Shown: positions 18,489-26,430 of the stretch, piece by piece | How positions within the stretch are numbered: the stretch's first letter is position 1 | Layout: every line of letters begins with the position of its first letter | From: a virus | Taxonomy: Duplodnaviria > Caudoviricetes | Reading direction: 5' to 3' (one strand) | DNA length: 50,049 bases | Virus record (IMG/VR): IMGVR_UViG_3300012942_000060 | Coordinates: 1 to 50,049 of that record | Program-made: the position numbers and the translations under genes | The notes under the pieces: generated by a model | Database searches by the model: none | What the model was told of the DNA's origin: nothing | What the model saw: only the letters and a program-made list of their open reading frames with translations

Positions 18489-18759
18489 CCCGATGACAGA
18501 CCGAGTGCTGGCCGCCATCGGCGCCGACACAAAAACCAGCACAGAGATAGCGCAGGCGCTCGACGTGCCGCTGCGTGACGTGATGGGCGCTATCGCCCGG
18601 CTCAACAATCGCGGCGCCATCGAGATCGCAAAAATGGAGTACTACGGCGGCACCAACCCGGTCAAGCACTGGCGCAAGGCAGGCCGGTTCATGCAGTGCG
18701 AGAGGACGCTGGTAAACCGGTATCTGATGACCCCGCCGGGGCAGGAGCTGGTGGCATGA
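18475..18759 (+). CDS. Winged-HTH protein
   Basis: TSTEIAQALDVPLRDVMGAIARL. Confidence 0.6.
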   Translation: MSKRNPMTDRVLAAIGADTKTSTEIAQALDVPLRDVMGAIARLNNRGAIEIAKMEYYGGTNPVKHWRKAGRFMQCERTLVNRYLMTPPGQELVA

Positions 18760-18864
18760 CGCGCAGCGAAGCCCTGGACATCCTGACTCAGTACAACGCC
18801 TGCCGCCAGTGCCGGATGGACAGAGAGACCCAGCGGGAGTTGAGGGCCGCTGCGGAGGGCGAGC

Positions 18865-19074
18865 ATGGAGCCTGACGAAGTGGAGCGGTTCCGGCATGAG
18901 GCTGAGGCGCGTGACTGGATTCGGCGCGGTTACGACACGCCGGAAAAGATCGCGGAGTTGAAATTCAAGATCACCGCCAAGCGGGGCAAGCAAGCCGCTG
19001 ACAGACTGGTCGATGAGATGCGCCGGCAGTGGAAACGGCGATACGAATGGATAGGGGGTACGGATGGCCGATAA
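18865..19074 (+). CDS. Conserved small phage protein
   Basis: RHEAEARDW...KRGKQAADRLVDEMRRQW. Confidence 0.7.
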   Translation: MEPDEVERFRHEAEARDWIRRGYDTPEKIAELKFKITAKRGKQAADRLVDEMRRQWKRRYEWIGGTDGR

Positions 19075-19261
19075 CGCAGACCGAGCGGGCGATCTGATCG
19101 AGATACGGATGGCAGAGGCGTTGGCCCGCCGTGAGCAGCCGCGCCGCTCATCGCTGCGCTACTGCATCAACTGCGACGAAGAGATACCGGAGAAGCGACG
19201 CGCCCTGGGCGGCGTCACGCGGTGCGTAGAGTGCCAGGAAATCCACAAATCCAAAGCATAG
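19064..19261 (+). CDS. TraR/DksA C4-type zinc finger protein
   Basis: MADNADRA, CINCDEEIPEKRR...RCVECQ. Confidence 0.9.
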   Translation: MADNADRAGDLIEIRMAEALARREQPRRSSLRYCINCDEEIPEKRRALGGVTRCVECQEIHKSKA

Positions 19262-19271
19262 AGGGTAGGGC

Positions 19272-19820
19272 ATGGCGAACACAAAGCGCATGATCCACGA
19301 CGCATACGGGCTGTATCACCTCCGACGCGAGGGCAGCGGCGGTGATCCAGTCTCCGGTCGCATCCACGGCATGGCAAAAGCCGTGTGGGCGGGGAAGATC
19401 ATGGCTGCGGTGGAAAACCAGAAAGCGCCGCTCCCGGACCTGCTGCTGCTCTGCTATGCCCCCGATGCTGTGCCCACAGTCGAGAACCTGGAGCGGCTGC
19501 GAGTGGCGCTGGTGGGGCACATTCTCGCCAGGGAAGAGATCAAGCAGCACCGCACGATAGTGAAGCTGCGCGCCCTGGCCGAGGTGGCGGTGATCAGCTT
19601 CCGCCACGAGATGCGCGGATTTGGCCCGCTGCGGCCGGCCGGGATTTGCCTGATGGCGGGTATCGACATCGGCAACTGGACTCGCGGGGACCGGCCTTGG
19701 CCGCGCTGGTGGCATGAGATGGGCCGGCAGATGGCCCGCTGGCATCGCCAGGCGATGGGTCAGCCTGACCGGATCTGCGGGGAGATCGAGAAGCAGGGCG
19801 CCGCCGCCGATTCATGCTGA
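19272..19820 (+). CDS. Probable Q-like late antiterminator
   Basis: Last early gene before late promoter/terminators; C-terminal HTH-like segment; mainly positional. Confidence 0.55.
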   Translation: MANTKRMIHDAYGLYHLRREGSGGDPVSGRIHGMAKAVWAGKIMAAVENQKAPLPDLLLLCYAPDAVPTVENLERLRVALVGHILAREEIKQHRTIVKLRALAEVAVISFRHEMRGFGPLRPAGICLMAGIDIGNWTRGDRPWPRWWHEMGRQMARWHRQAMGQPDRICGEIEKQGAAADSC

Positions 19821-19995
19821 CCCTCGATCATGACCACCGAATGCAAATCAGACCGGCCCCTCGTGATGCAATGGTTGCGAGGCTGGAAGAAGTGGCTGGA
19901 CATCTATCCAGCCCCGAAGCCAGGCCTCGCCGAGAGACCGTAGCGGCGATTGCCCAGGCGGCAGTGGGACGGCTGAGCCAGATGTGATGGGTACG

Positions 19996-20016
19996 CCCCG
20001 CTTCGGCGGGGTTCTT
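19996..20016 (+). terminator. Putative intrinsic terminator
   Basis: CCCCGC-ttcg-GCGGGG + TTCTT. Confidence 0.55.
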
Positions 20017-20192
20017 CAAGACTGATCAGTCAGGCTTGGATTTGACCTTTCTGGCGCCCTTCGGCAGTCTTGTCTTCGATGCAAAAGGCGAAGAAGAGAG
20101 AGGTCTGCTCGGGGAAGGAACTGGCCAGATTAGCCATCACAGGAAAGTGGTCCGTTCTTGAGCTGATACAGGATGTCGAGCTGGAGAGAGAC

Positions 20193-20714
20193 ATGACAAA
20201 AAAGGCTCTTTGGGTGACGATTTGGGGGATGCTTTCGCTGGTGCTGGTCGGGTGCGCGTCGATGGCTCCCGATCCTGTCCCGGAATCTGAGCGAAGCTTA
20301 GTGCAAGTTGTCCCTGTGGAAGGAATGAATGCATCCGAGATTTATGTTGGTTTGCGTTCGTGGGTGGCTGAAAATTTCCGATCAGCAAAGTCTGTTATTG
20401 AATACGACAATCCAGATCAGGGTGTGCTTATCGGAAACGGAAACATTCCAGTTCCTTGCAGTGGAGTGATGGATTGTTACACCAAGTCCTCTTGGACTCA
20501 TCCATTCACGATGAAGATCGAGGTGAAGAATGGAAAGTTTCGAGTGACTTACTCTAACATCCGCCTCTTTTGGCCTGCGAGTTCGAGTGGGCCGGCACAC
20601 AACGCCCTGATACAAAGGCTCTCGATGTTGAATTCAGCCAAAGCAGAGCTGGCCAAGTTGACTGTATCTATGACGGAGAGCTTAAAAAAAGACAGGAGTA
20701 ACGACGATTGGTGA
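20193..20714 (+). CDS. Moron lipoprotein (DUF4468-like)
   Basis: Lipobox LVGC; WVAENFRSAKSVIEY...GVLIGNG...IEVKNGKFRVTY. Confidence 0.75.
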   Translation: MTKKALWVTIWGMLSLVLVGCASMAPDPVPESERSLVQVVPVEGMNASEIYVGLRSWVAENFRSAKSVIEYDNPDQGVLIGNGNIPVPCSGVMDCYTKSSWTHPFTMKIEVKNGKFRVTYSNIRLFWPASSSGPAHNALIQRLSMLNSAKAELAKLTVSMTESLKKDRSNDDW

Positions 20715-20741
20715 AATCTTGGGGGCTATCAAAAAGCGGCC

Positions 20742-20773
20742 TTGACACAAATGACAACCGCTTTTAGTATAAT
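20742..20773 (+). promoter_or_regulatory. Late promoter (pR'-like)
   Basis: TTGACA-17-TAGTAT (overlapping TATAAT) upstream of two terminators and the lysis genes. Confidence 0.7.
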
Positions 20774-20791
20774 GACCAGTACACCCTCATA

Positions 20792-20859
20792 GCGCCCGGA
20801 CCCAAAATCCGGGCGTTTTGCGTTTCTAGTACCCCCAACCGGCCGCGAGCCGGTTTTTT
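20792..20859 (+). terminator. Two tandem intrinsic terminators (tR'-like)
   Basis: GCGCCCGGA...TCCGGGCGTTTT and AACCGGC...GCCGGTTTTTT. Confidence 0.75.
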
Positions 20860-20895
20860 CATGTCTGTCTATTGGGGTTCCCACAGGAGGAACTC

Positions 20896-21612
20896 ATGAA
20901 TCTCAGGAGTGGCGGAATGACGCCGAAGACCGATGCTGCGGTACAGGCCGTTAGTTATGCCGGTGCGGGCACATCCGTCCTCGCGGGCCTGACGCTCACT
21001 GACATCGGCGTCATCATCGGCATTGCCACCGCCATCCTGACTCTGTTGTTCAACGTGATTTACCAGGTTCGCAAGGATCGGCGCGAGCAGAGGCTGTACA
21101 AGCTGGAAGTTGAGCGGCTATCGGGCAAATCCCAGCGCGGAAACGCCAAAGTCGGCGCCGTGGTGGGCGCGGGCCTGTTGGCGGTGGTGGCGGGGATCGC
21201 AACACCCCTGATCAAGCACTTCGAGGGCCAGCGGCTGGTCGCGTACTCTGATGTTGTGGGCGTCCCAACGATTTGCGCCGGCATCACAGAGGACGTGAAG
21301 CTGGGCGATGTGGCCACCCCAGAACAATGCGATCAGCGCCTGCAAGCCGATCTGCGGCGGCGACTGGCTGGCTTGCAGGGGTGCATCCACAAGGAGCTGA
21401 CCCCGAATCAGTGGGCAGCGGTGCTGAGCTTCGCCTACAACGTCGGCGTCCCCGCCGTCTGCGGCTCCACCCTGGTGAGCATGATTAATGCAGGCGCCTC
21501 ACCGAGCCAATGGTGCGCCCAACTGGACCGGTGGGTATACGCCGGCGGCCAGAAACTGGCCGGATTGGAGCGACGTCGGGCGGCAGAACGCGAGCTGTGT
21601 GAGCGGCAATGA
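20896..21612 (+). CDS. Holin-like domain fused to SAR-type GH24 lysozyme
   Basis: N-terminal holin-like TM segment and basic tail; second weakly hydrophobic helix; HFEG...YSDVVGVPTICAG catalytic E/D/T; GLERRRAAERELC. Confidence 0.85.
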   Translation: MNLRSGGMTPKTDAAVQAVSYAGAGTSVLAGLTLTDIGVIIGIATAILTLLFNVIYQVRKDRREQRLYKLEVERLSGKSQRGNAKVGAVVGAGLLAVVAGIATPLIKHFEGQRLVAYSDVVGVPTICAGITEDVKLGDVATPEQCDQRLQADLRRRLAGLQGCIHKELTPNQWAAVLSFAYNVGVPAVCGSTLVSMINAGASPSQWCAQLDRWVYAGGQKLAGLERRRAAERELCERQ

Positions 21613-22073
21613 TCCAGGCTCGTCTGATCGTGGCGATACTGATTGCCGGTGCCGCCTTCGCTGGCGGCTGGGCTGTCAACGGCTGGCGGCTGGGTGAGCA
21701 GATGGCCCAATACCGCGAGCAAGTCACTGCTCGCGCGGCGCAGCAAGTACAGAAGGCGCAGGCCGAGAGTCAGCAGAAGCAGCGGGCTCTCGCCGCACTC
21801 GACAAACAACACACGCAGGAGCTGGCTGATGCGAAGTCTCAGATCGCTGATCTGTCTGACGCTGTTGCCGTTGGCCGCCGCCGGCTGCGCGTCCATGCCC
21901 AGTGTCCCGACAGCGTGCCCCAAACCACCGCCACCACCGGCGTGGATGATGCTGCCGGCGCCCGACTTGATGACGCCGCTGAACGCAATTATTTCCGTCT
22001 CCGGCAACGCATCGAAACCGCCACCCGGCAAGTGACCGGGCTACAGGACTACATTCGCAGCGTTTGTCGATGA
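21609..22073 (+). CDS. rz: Rz-like i-spanin
   Basis: N-terminal TM, coiled coil, RLRVHAQC, LQDYIRSVC. Confidence 0.9.
   Translation: MIQARLIVAILIAGAAFAGGWAVNGWRLGEQMAQYREQVTARAAQQVQKAQAESQQKQRALAALDKQHTQELADAKSQIADLSDAVAVGRRRLRVHAQCPDSVPQTTATTGVDDAAGARLDDAAERNYFRLRQRIETATRQVTGLQDYIRSVCR
21829..22035 (+). CDS. rz1: Rz1-like o-spanin lipoprotein embedded in rz
   Basis: Alternative frame; lipobox AAGC; proline-rich CPKPPPPPAWMM. Confidence 0.85.
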   Translation: MRSLRSLICLTLLPLAAAGCASMPSVPTACPKPPPPPAWMMLPAPDLMTPLNAIISVSGNASKPPPGK

Positions 22074-22184
22074 GGTGTTCGCGCTGTCAATTATGACAGA
22101 CATCTGCTGTCGCTAGGGCAATTGAGTTGCCACCCTTCTCTGATTAATGTGATCTCCGTCACAAACAACAAAGAGAGGACGGTG

Positions 22185-22403
22185 ATGACCGATTCTGCAT
22201 TCAATAAAGGTGATGTGGTCCAGCTGAAAAGTGGTGGACCCAAAATGACCGTACAGGACACCGGAGATTTCTCGGGGTATGGCGCGGGCCCTAAAGAGGG
22301 CGTCAGATGTGTGTGGTTCGAGAAAACCGATGCAAAGGAAAGGGACTTCGACGAGGCGGTTTTGAAAATCTGCGAGAGGTCTGAAGCGCCGAAACTCTAT
22401 TAG
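22185..22403 (+). CDS. DUF2158/YodC family protein
   Basis: FNKGDVVQLKSGGPKMTV...CVWF. Confidence 0.85.
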   Translation: MTDSAFNKGDVVQLKSGGPKMTVQDTGDFSGYGAGPKEGVRCVWFEKTDAKERDFDEAVLKICERSEAPKLY

Positions 22404-22474
22404 GGTTCTGCGTCAAACCGCCTATTCCCAGCCCCGCCAAGTGCGGGGCTTCCACTTTCTGAGAGGTGCAAAAA

Positions 22475-23056
22475 ATGGCGCTGACAGCAAAACAGCGCCG
22501 CTTCGTGGAAGAGTACCTTGTTGACCTCAACGCCACGCAAGCGGCGATAAGGGCAGGGTACAGCAAGAAAACCGCAGGGCAGATTGGGGACGAGAACCTT
22601 AAAAAACCTCAAATAGCCGCTGCCATTCAAGAGGCTCAAGCCAAGCGCTCAGATCGCACCGAAATCACTCAGGACATGGTGCTACGGGAGTTGGCCAAGA
22701 TCGGCTTTGCCGACATTCGCAAGGTCGTCAAATGGGGTAATACCGAGATTCGCCTGAACGGTGGCTCGGATGATGGGTTGGTCGAGGTTTATCACGGCCT
22801 GGCTTTGACTGCCGCCGATGAAATAGACGACGACACCGCTGCCGCTATTGCTGAGATTTCGCAAGGCAAGGAAGGCCTGAAGGTCAAGTTCCACGATAAG
22901 AAGGGCGCGCTGGTCGACATCGGCCGCCATTTGGGCATGTTCCCGAGCAAGGTTGAGCATTCAGGGCCTGGCGGTGGCCCCATCCCGGTCATGCCAACCA
23001 CTATTGAGCTGGTGGCGCCTGACATCCAAAAGGGTGGGGGCCGAGATGATGGATAG
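22475..23056 (+). CDS. terS: Terminase small subunit
   Basis: LTAKQRRFVEEYLVDLNATQAAIRAGYS. Confidence 0.95.
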   Translation: MALTAKQRRFVEEYLVDLNATQAAIRAGYSKKTAGQIGDENLKKPQIAAAIQEAQAKRSDRTEITQDMVLRELAKIGFADIRKVVKWGNTEIRLNGGSDDGLVEVYHGLALTAADEIDDDTAAAIAEISQGKEGLKVKFHDKKGALVDIGRHLGMFPSKVEHSGPGGGPIPVMPTTIELVAPDIQKGGGRDDG

Positions 23057-23609
23057 GGGCTACCTAAGCGAGTGCTTTAGTTATGACCGGGATAGCGGCC
23101 TATTGATCTGGAAGCGCCGCCCTCGAGGACATTTCAGGACAGAGAGAGGCTGTTGCACATTCAATGCTCAACGCGCCGGAAAGCCTGCTGGTTGCGCAAG
23201 CAAGACGGCAGACGGTCTGACATACCTGAAGGTCAGATTGGATGGGCGGCTGTATCTGGCTCATCGCCTGATCTGGACCATGGAGCACGACGCCATCCCG
23301 ACTGGGATGGAGGTGGATCATAAGGATCATGACGGAACCAACAATCGACTTTCCAATCTTCGGCTGGTTTCGTCGTCAGGAAACAAGAAGAATCGGCGCA
23401 TTGGGCGGAGGAACACATCTGGCTCAATGGGTGTGTATTGGTCTGAGCCACTCGGAAAGTGGTATGCCCAAATTTGGAGCGATGGCACCCATCACTATCT
23501 TGGGACCTTTTGCGACTTTGATGAAGCGGTCTCGGCCCGTAAGCGCGCCGAATCACATCTAGGCTTTCACCGCAACCACGGCAATGGCCATTTCGCAAAG
23601 TCGGCGTGA
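23046..23609 (+). CDS. HNH homing endonuclease with AP2-like domain
   Basis: YLAHRLIW...VDHKDHDGTNNRLSNLR; NTSGSMGVYW...YLGTF. Confidence 0.92.
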   Translation: MMDRGYLSECFSYDRDSGLLIWKRRPRGHFRTERGCCTFNAQRAGKPAGCASKTADGLTYLKVRLDGRLYLAHRLIWTMEHDAIPTGMEVDHKDHDGTNNRLSNLRLVSSSGNKKNRRIGRRNTSGSMGVYWSEPLGKWYAQIWSDGTHHYLGTFCDFDEAVSARKRAESHLGFHRNHGNGHFAKSA

Positions 23610-24862
23610 TGACAATCGCGAAGGTAGAGCTTCCCGAGAAACTGGTCTATCTCTTCAGCGGCAAGGCGCGGTATCGCATTGCTCACGGCGGGAGGGGGTC
23701 AGGAAAGACTCGCGGTTTTGCGCTCATGACGGCGATCCGAGCATACATGTTTGCCGAAGCAGGAAGATCGGGCGTGATCTTATGCGCGCGCGAGTACATG
23801 AATTCGCTCGAAGACTCGTCCATGGAAGAGGTCAAGCAGGCCATTCGGTCTGTTCCATGGCTGGATGCCTACTTTGATATTGGTGAGCGCTATATCCGCA
23901 CAAAAAACAGGCGCGTCTGGTATACGTTCGCTGGGCTCAGACACAACCTAGACAGCATCAAGTCTAAAGCAAGGATTCTGATTGCATGGATCGACGAAGC
24001 TGAAAGCGTATCCGAGAACGCCTATGTGAAGCTGCTCCCCACTGTCCGGGAAGCGGATTCCGAGATTTACATCTCGTACAACCCCGAGAAAGACGGTAGC
24101 CCCACTGACCAGCGTTTCCGAAAGGCGCCGCCGCCGAACTCCAAAATCGTTGAGCTCAACTACACCGACAATCCCTGGTTCCCCCCAGAGCTGGAGGAGG
24201 AGCGCCTCAACGACCGGGAGCGGATGGATGACCAGACCTATGCCTGGATCTGGGACGGCGCCTACCGTGAAAACAGCGATGCGCAAATCCTGTCTGGCAA
24301 GTACCGGGTTGCGGAGTTCGAGCCCGCCTCAAGTTGGGATGGCCCGTACTTCGGGGTGGATTGGGGCTTTTCTCAAGACCCCACCGCTGGGGTTAAGTGC
24401 TGGGTCCATGACCAACGACTGTGGATCGAATACGAGGCCGGCAAGATCGGCCTTGAGAATGACGACATTGCCGACTACCTGATAGCCCGATTGCCTGGAA
24501 TCGAAAGGCACGCCGTGCGGGCTGATTCGGCCAGGCCGGAGACGATCAGTCACGTCAAGAGCAAAGGCAGGGACGGCAAGCGCGCCAACCTACCGCGGCT
24601 TGTCGGCGTGGAGAAGTGGAAGGGCAGTGTCGAGGACGGCATTGCCCACCTGCGCAGCTACAAAGAGATCATCATCCATCCCCGCTGTGCGGCCACACTT
24701 CGTGAGGCTCGGCTGTACAGCTACAAGGTGGATCGCCTGTCCGGCGACGTCCTGACTGACATCGTGGACGCAAACAACCACTACATCGACGCCACCCGCT
24801 ACGCCCTGGGACCGCTAATCAAGCGGAAGGGAGCAGTGGGCATTCTGCTGCCGGGAAGATGA
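23606..24862 (+). CDS. terL: Terminase large subunit (PBSX type)
   Basis: HGGRGSGKT, WIDEAE, GVDWGF, NHYIDATRYAL. Confidence 0.95.
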   Translation: MMTIAKVELPEKLVYLFSGKARYRIAHGGRGSGKTRGFALMTAIRAYMFAEAGRSGVILCAREYMNSLEDSSMEEVKQAIRSVPWLDAYFDIGERYIRTKNRRVWYTFAGLRHNLDSIKSKARILIAWIDEAESVSENAYVKLLPTVREADSEIYISYNPEKDGSPTDQRFRKAPPPNSKIVELNYTDNPWFPPELEEERLNDRERMDDQTYAWIWDGAYRENSDAQILSGKYRVAEFEPASSWDGPYFGVDWGFSQDPTAGVKCWVHDQRLWIEYEAGKIGLENDDIADYLIARLPGIERHAVRADSARPETISHVKSKGRDGKRANLPRLVGVEKWKGSVEDGIAHLRSYKEIIIHPRCAATLREARLYSYKVDRLSGDVLTDIVDANNHYIDATRYALGPLIKRKGAVGILLPGR

Positions 24863-25059
24863 TGCCCATTTTCAAAGTGACCGAACGCACCACCGGCAGA
24901 GCCATGATTGTCCGGGCCAAATGCCTGACATGTGCGCGCCGGGTCGCTGTCGAGCACGCCGGCCCCGAGGGTACCCGGGTGTGGCGTGACCCTGAGTTAT
25001 CGAAGGTCGAGCTGGTCCGAGAGACTGACCGACCGGGCCTTATCCTGAGATCGGAATAA
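24859..25059 (+). CDS. Hypothetical protein
   Basis: Coupled ORF between terL and portal. Confidence 0.6.
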   Translation: MMPIFKVTERTTGRAMIVRAKCLTCARRVAVEHAGPEGTRVWRDPELSKVELVRETDRPGLILRSE

Positions 25060-25062
25060 ACC

Positions 25063-26430
25063 ATGACAGATCAGATGCAACTGGCGGTCAATCATGCAGT
25101 GAACGACCTCCGGTTGGCTCGTGCGCGTGAGGCGCTGATTCGGCCGGGTATGGGGCTGGATGCTAAGCGCAACGCTGCATGGTGCGAATATGGATTCAAG
25201 AACGATCTGGATTTTCAGGACTTCTACAATCTGTACTGTCGCGGTGGCCTGGCTCACGGGGCCATCAACAAGCTGACTGGGACCTGCTGGAAGACGGCTC
25301 CGTGGATCATTCAGGGCGAGGAACAGGATAACGCGGACCAGCAGACGCCTTGGGAGCGGTCGCTAAAGCCGCTACTGATGGGGGGTCGGATGTGGCGGGC
25401 GTTCATGGAAACGGATCGCCGTCGGCTCATTGGTCGATACGCTGGACTGCTACTGCACGTTAGAGATAACAAGCCCTGGTCTGAACCCGTAGCAGGCAAG
25501 GGCCGGGGTATCTCCAAGTTCACGCCGGCATGGGCTGGCTCGCTGACGCCAGTCGAATTCGATGCCAACGAACAATCGGAGAGTTACGGCGAGCCGACCA
25601 TGTGGCAGTACGTTGAGGCTACAGTCAATGGCCGGGCTGGGCGTTCACTGAGGGTCCATCCTGACCGGGTGTTCATCCTGGGGGACTGGAGCTCGGGCGC
25701 CATTGGTTACCTGGAGCCGGCCTATAACGCCTTCGTCAGTCTGGAGAAGGTCGAGGGCGGTTCCGGTGAATCGTTCCTGAAAAACGCAGCCCGTCAACTG
25801 TCGGTCAGCTTCGACAAAGAGATTGACCTGAATGGTATCGCGTCGCTGTACGGCGTCGAGTTGTCGGAATTGCACAAGAAGTTCAACGAGGCGGCCCGCG
25901 ACATCAACCAGGGCAACGACGTGATGCTCATCAACCAGGGCGCCACGGTATCGCCGCTGGTAGCCAGCGTCCCGGACCCGACGCCGGTTTACAGCATCAA
26001 CCTGCAAACTGCGTCGGCGGCGCTGGACATTCCCAGCAAGATTCTGGTCGGGATGCAGACCGGCGAGCGTGCGAGTTCCGAGGATCAGAAATACTGGCTC
26101 GCTCGATGCCAGTCCCGTCGAGAGAACGACCTGAATTTCGACATTCACGGCTTCATCGGCCATCTCATGCGGATCGGGGTGATAAAGCTAATCCCTGAGT
26201 ACACCGTCATGTGGGATGACCTCACGGATGCCAGCCAGGGCGACAAACTGGCCAATGCCAAGGTGATGAGCGACATCAATAGCGTGTCGCTGGCCATGGG
26301 TATGCCTGCGTTCGAGATAAACGAGATCCGCGAGGCCGCCGGCTACGAGCCGCTAGAGGAAGAAATTCCACTCCCGGACGACGAGGACGACGATGGCGAA
26401 AGCGCCGATCCTGCCGAAGAACCGGAGTGA
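25063..26430 (+). CDS. Portal protein (DUF1073-like)
   Basis: Position; VHPDRV, LEKVEGGSGESFLKNA, GMQTGERASSED. Confidence 0.85.
   Translation: MTDQMQLAVNHAVNDLRLARAREALIRPGMGLDAKRNAAWCEYGFKNDLDFQDFYNLYCRGGLAHGAINKLTGTCWKTAPWIIQGEEQDNADQQTPWERSLKPLLMGGRMWRAFMETDRRRLIGRYAGLLLHVRDNKPWSEPVAGKGRGISKFTPAWAGSLTPVEFDANEQSESYGEPTMWQYVEATVNGRAGRSLRVHPDRVFILGDWSSGAIGYLEPAYNAFVSLEKVEGGSGESFLKNAARQLSVSFDKEIDLNGIASLYGVELSELHKKFNEAARDINQGNDVMLINQGATVSPLVASVPDPTPVYSINLQTASAALDIPSKILVGMQTGERASSEDQKYWLARCQSRRENDLNFDIHGFIGHLMRIGVIKLIPEYTVMWDDLTDASQGDKLANAKVMSDINSVSLAMGMPAFEINEIREAAGYEPLEEEIPLPDDEDDDGESADPAEEPE

Noticed and set aside
25063-26430. Possible anti-CBASS Acb1 label sometimes attached to DUF1073 proteins
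   Set aside because: Position and size indicate the portal; no separate phosphodiesterase domain is evident.
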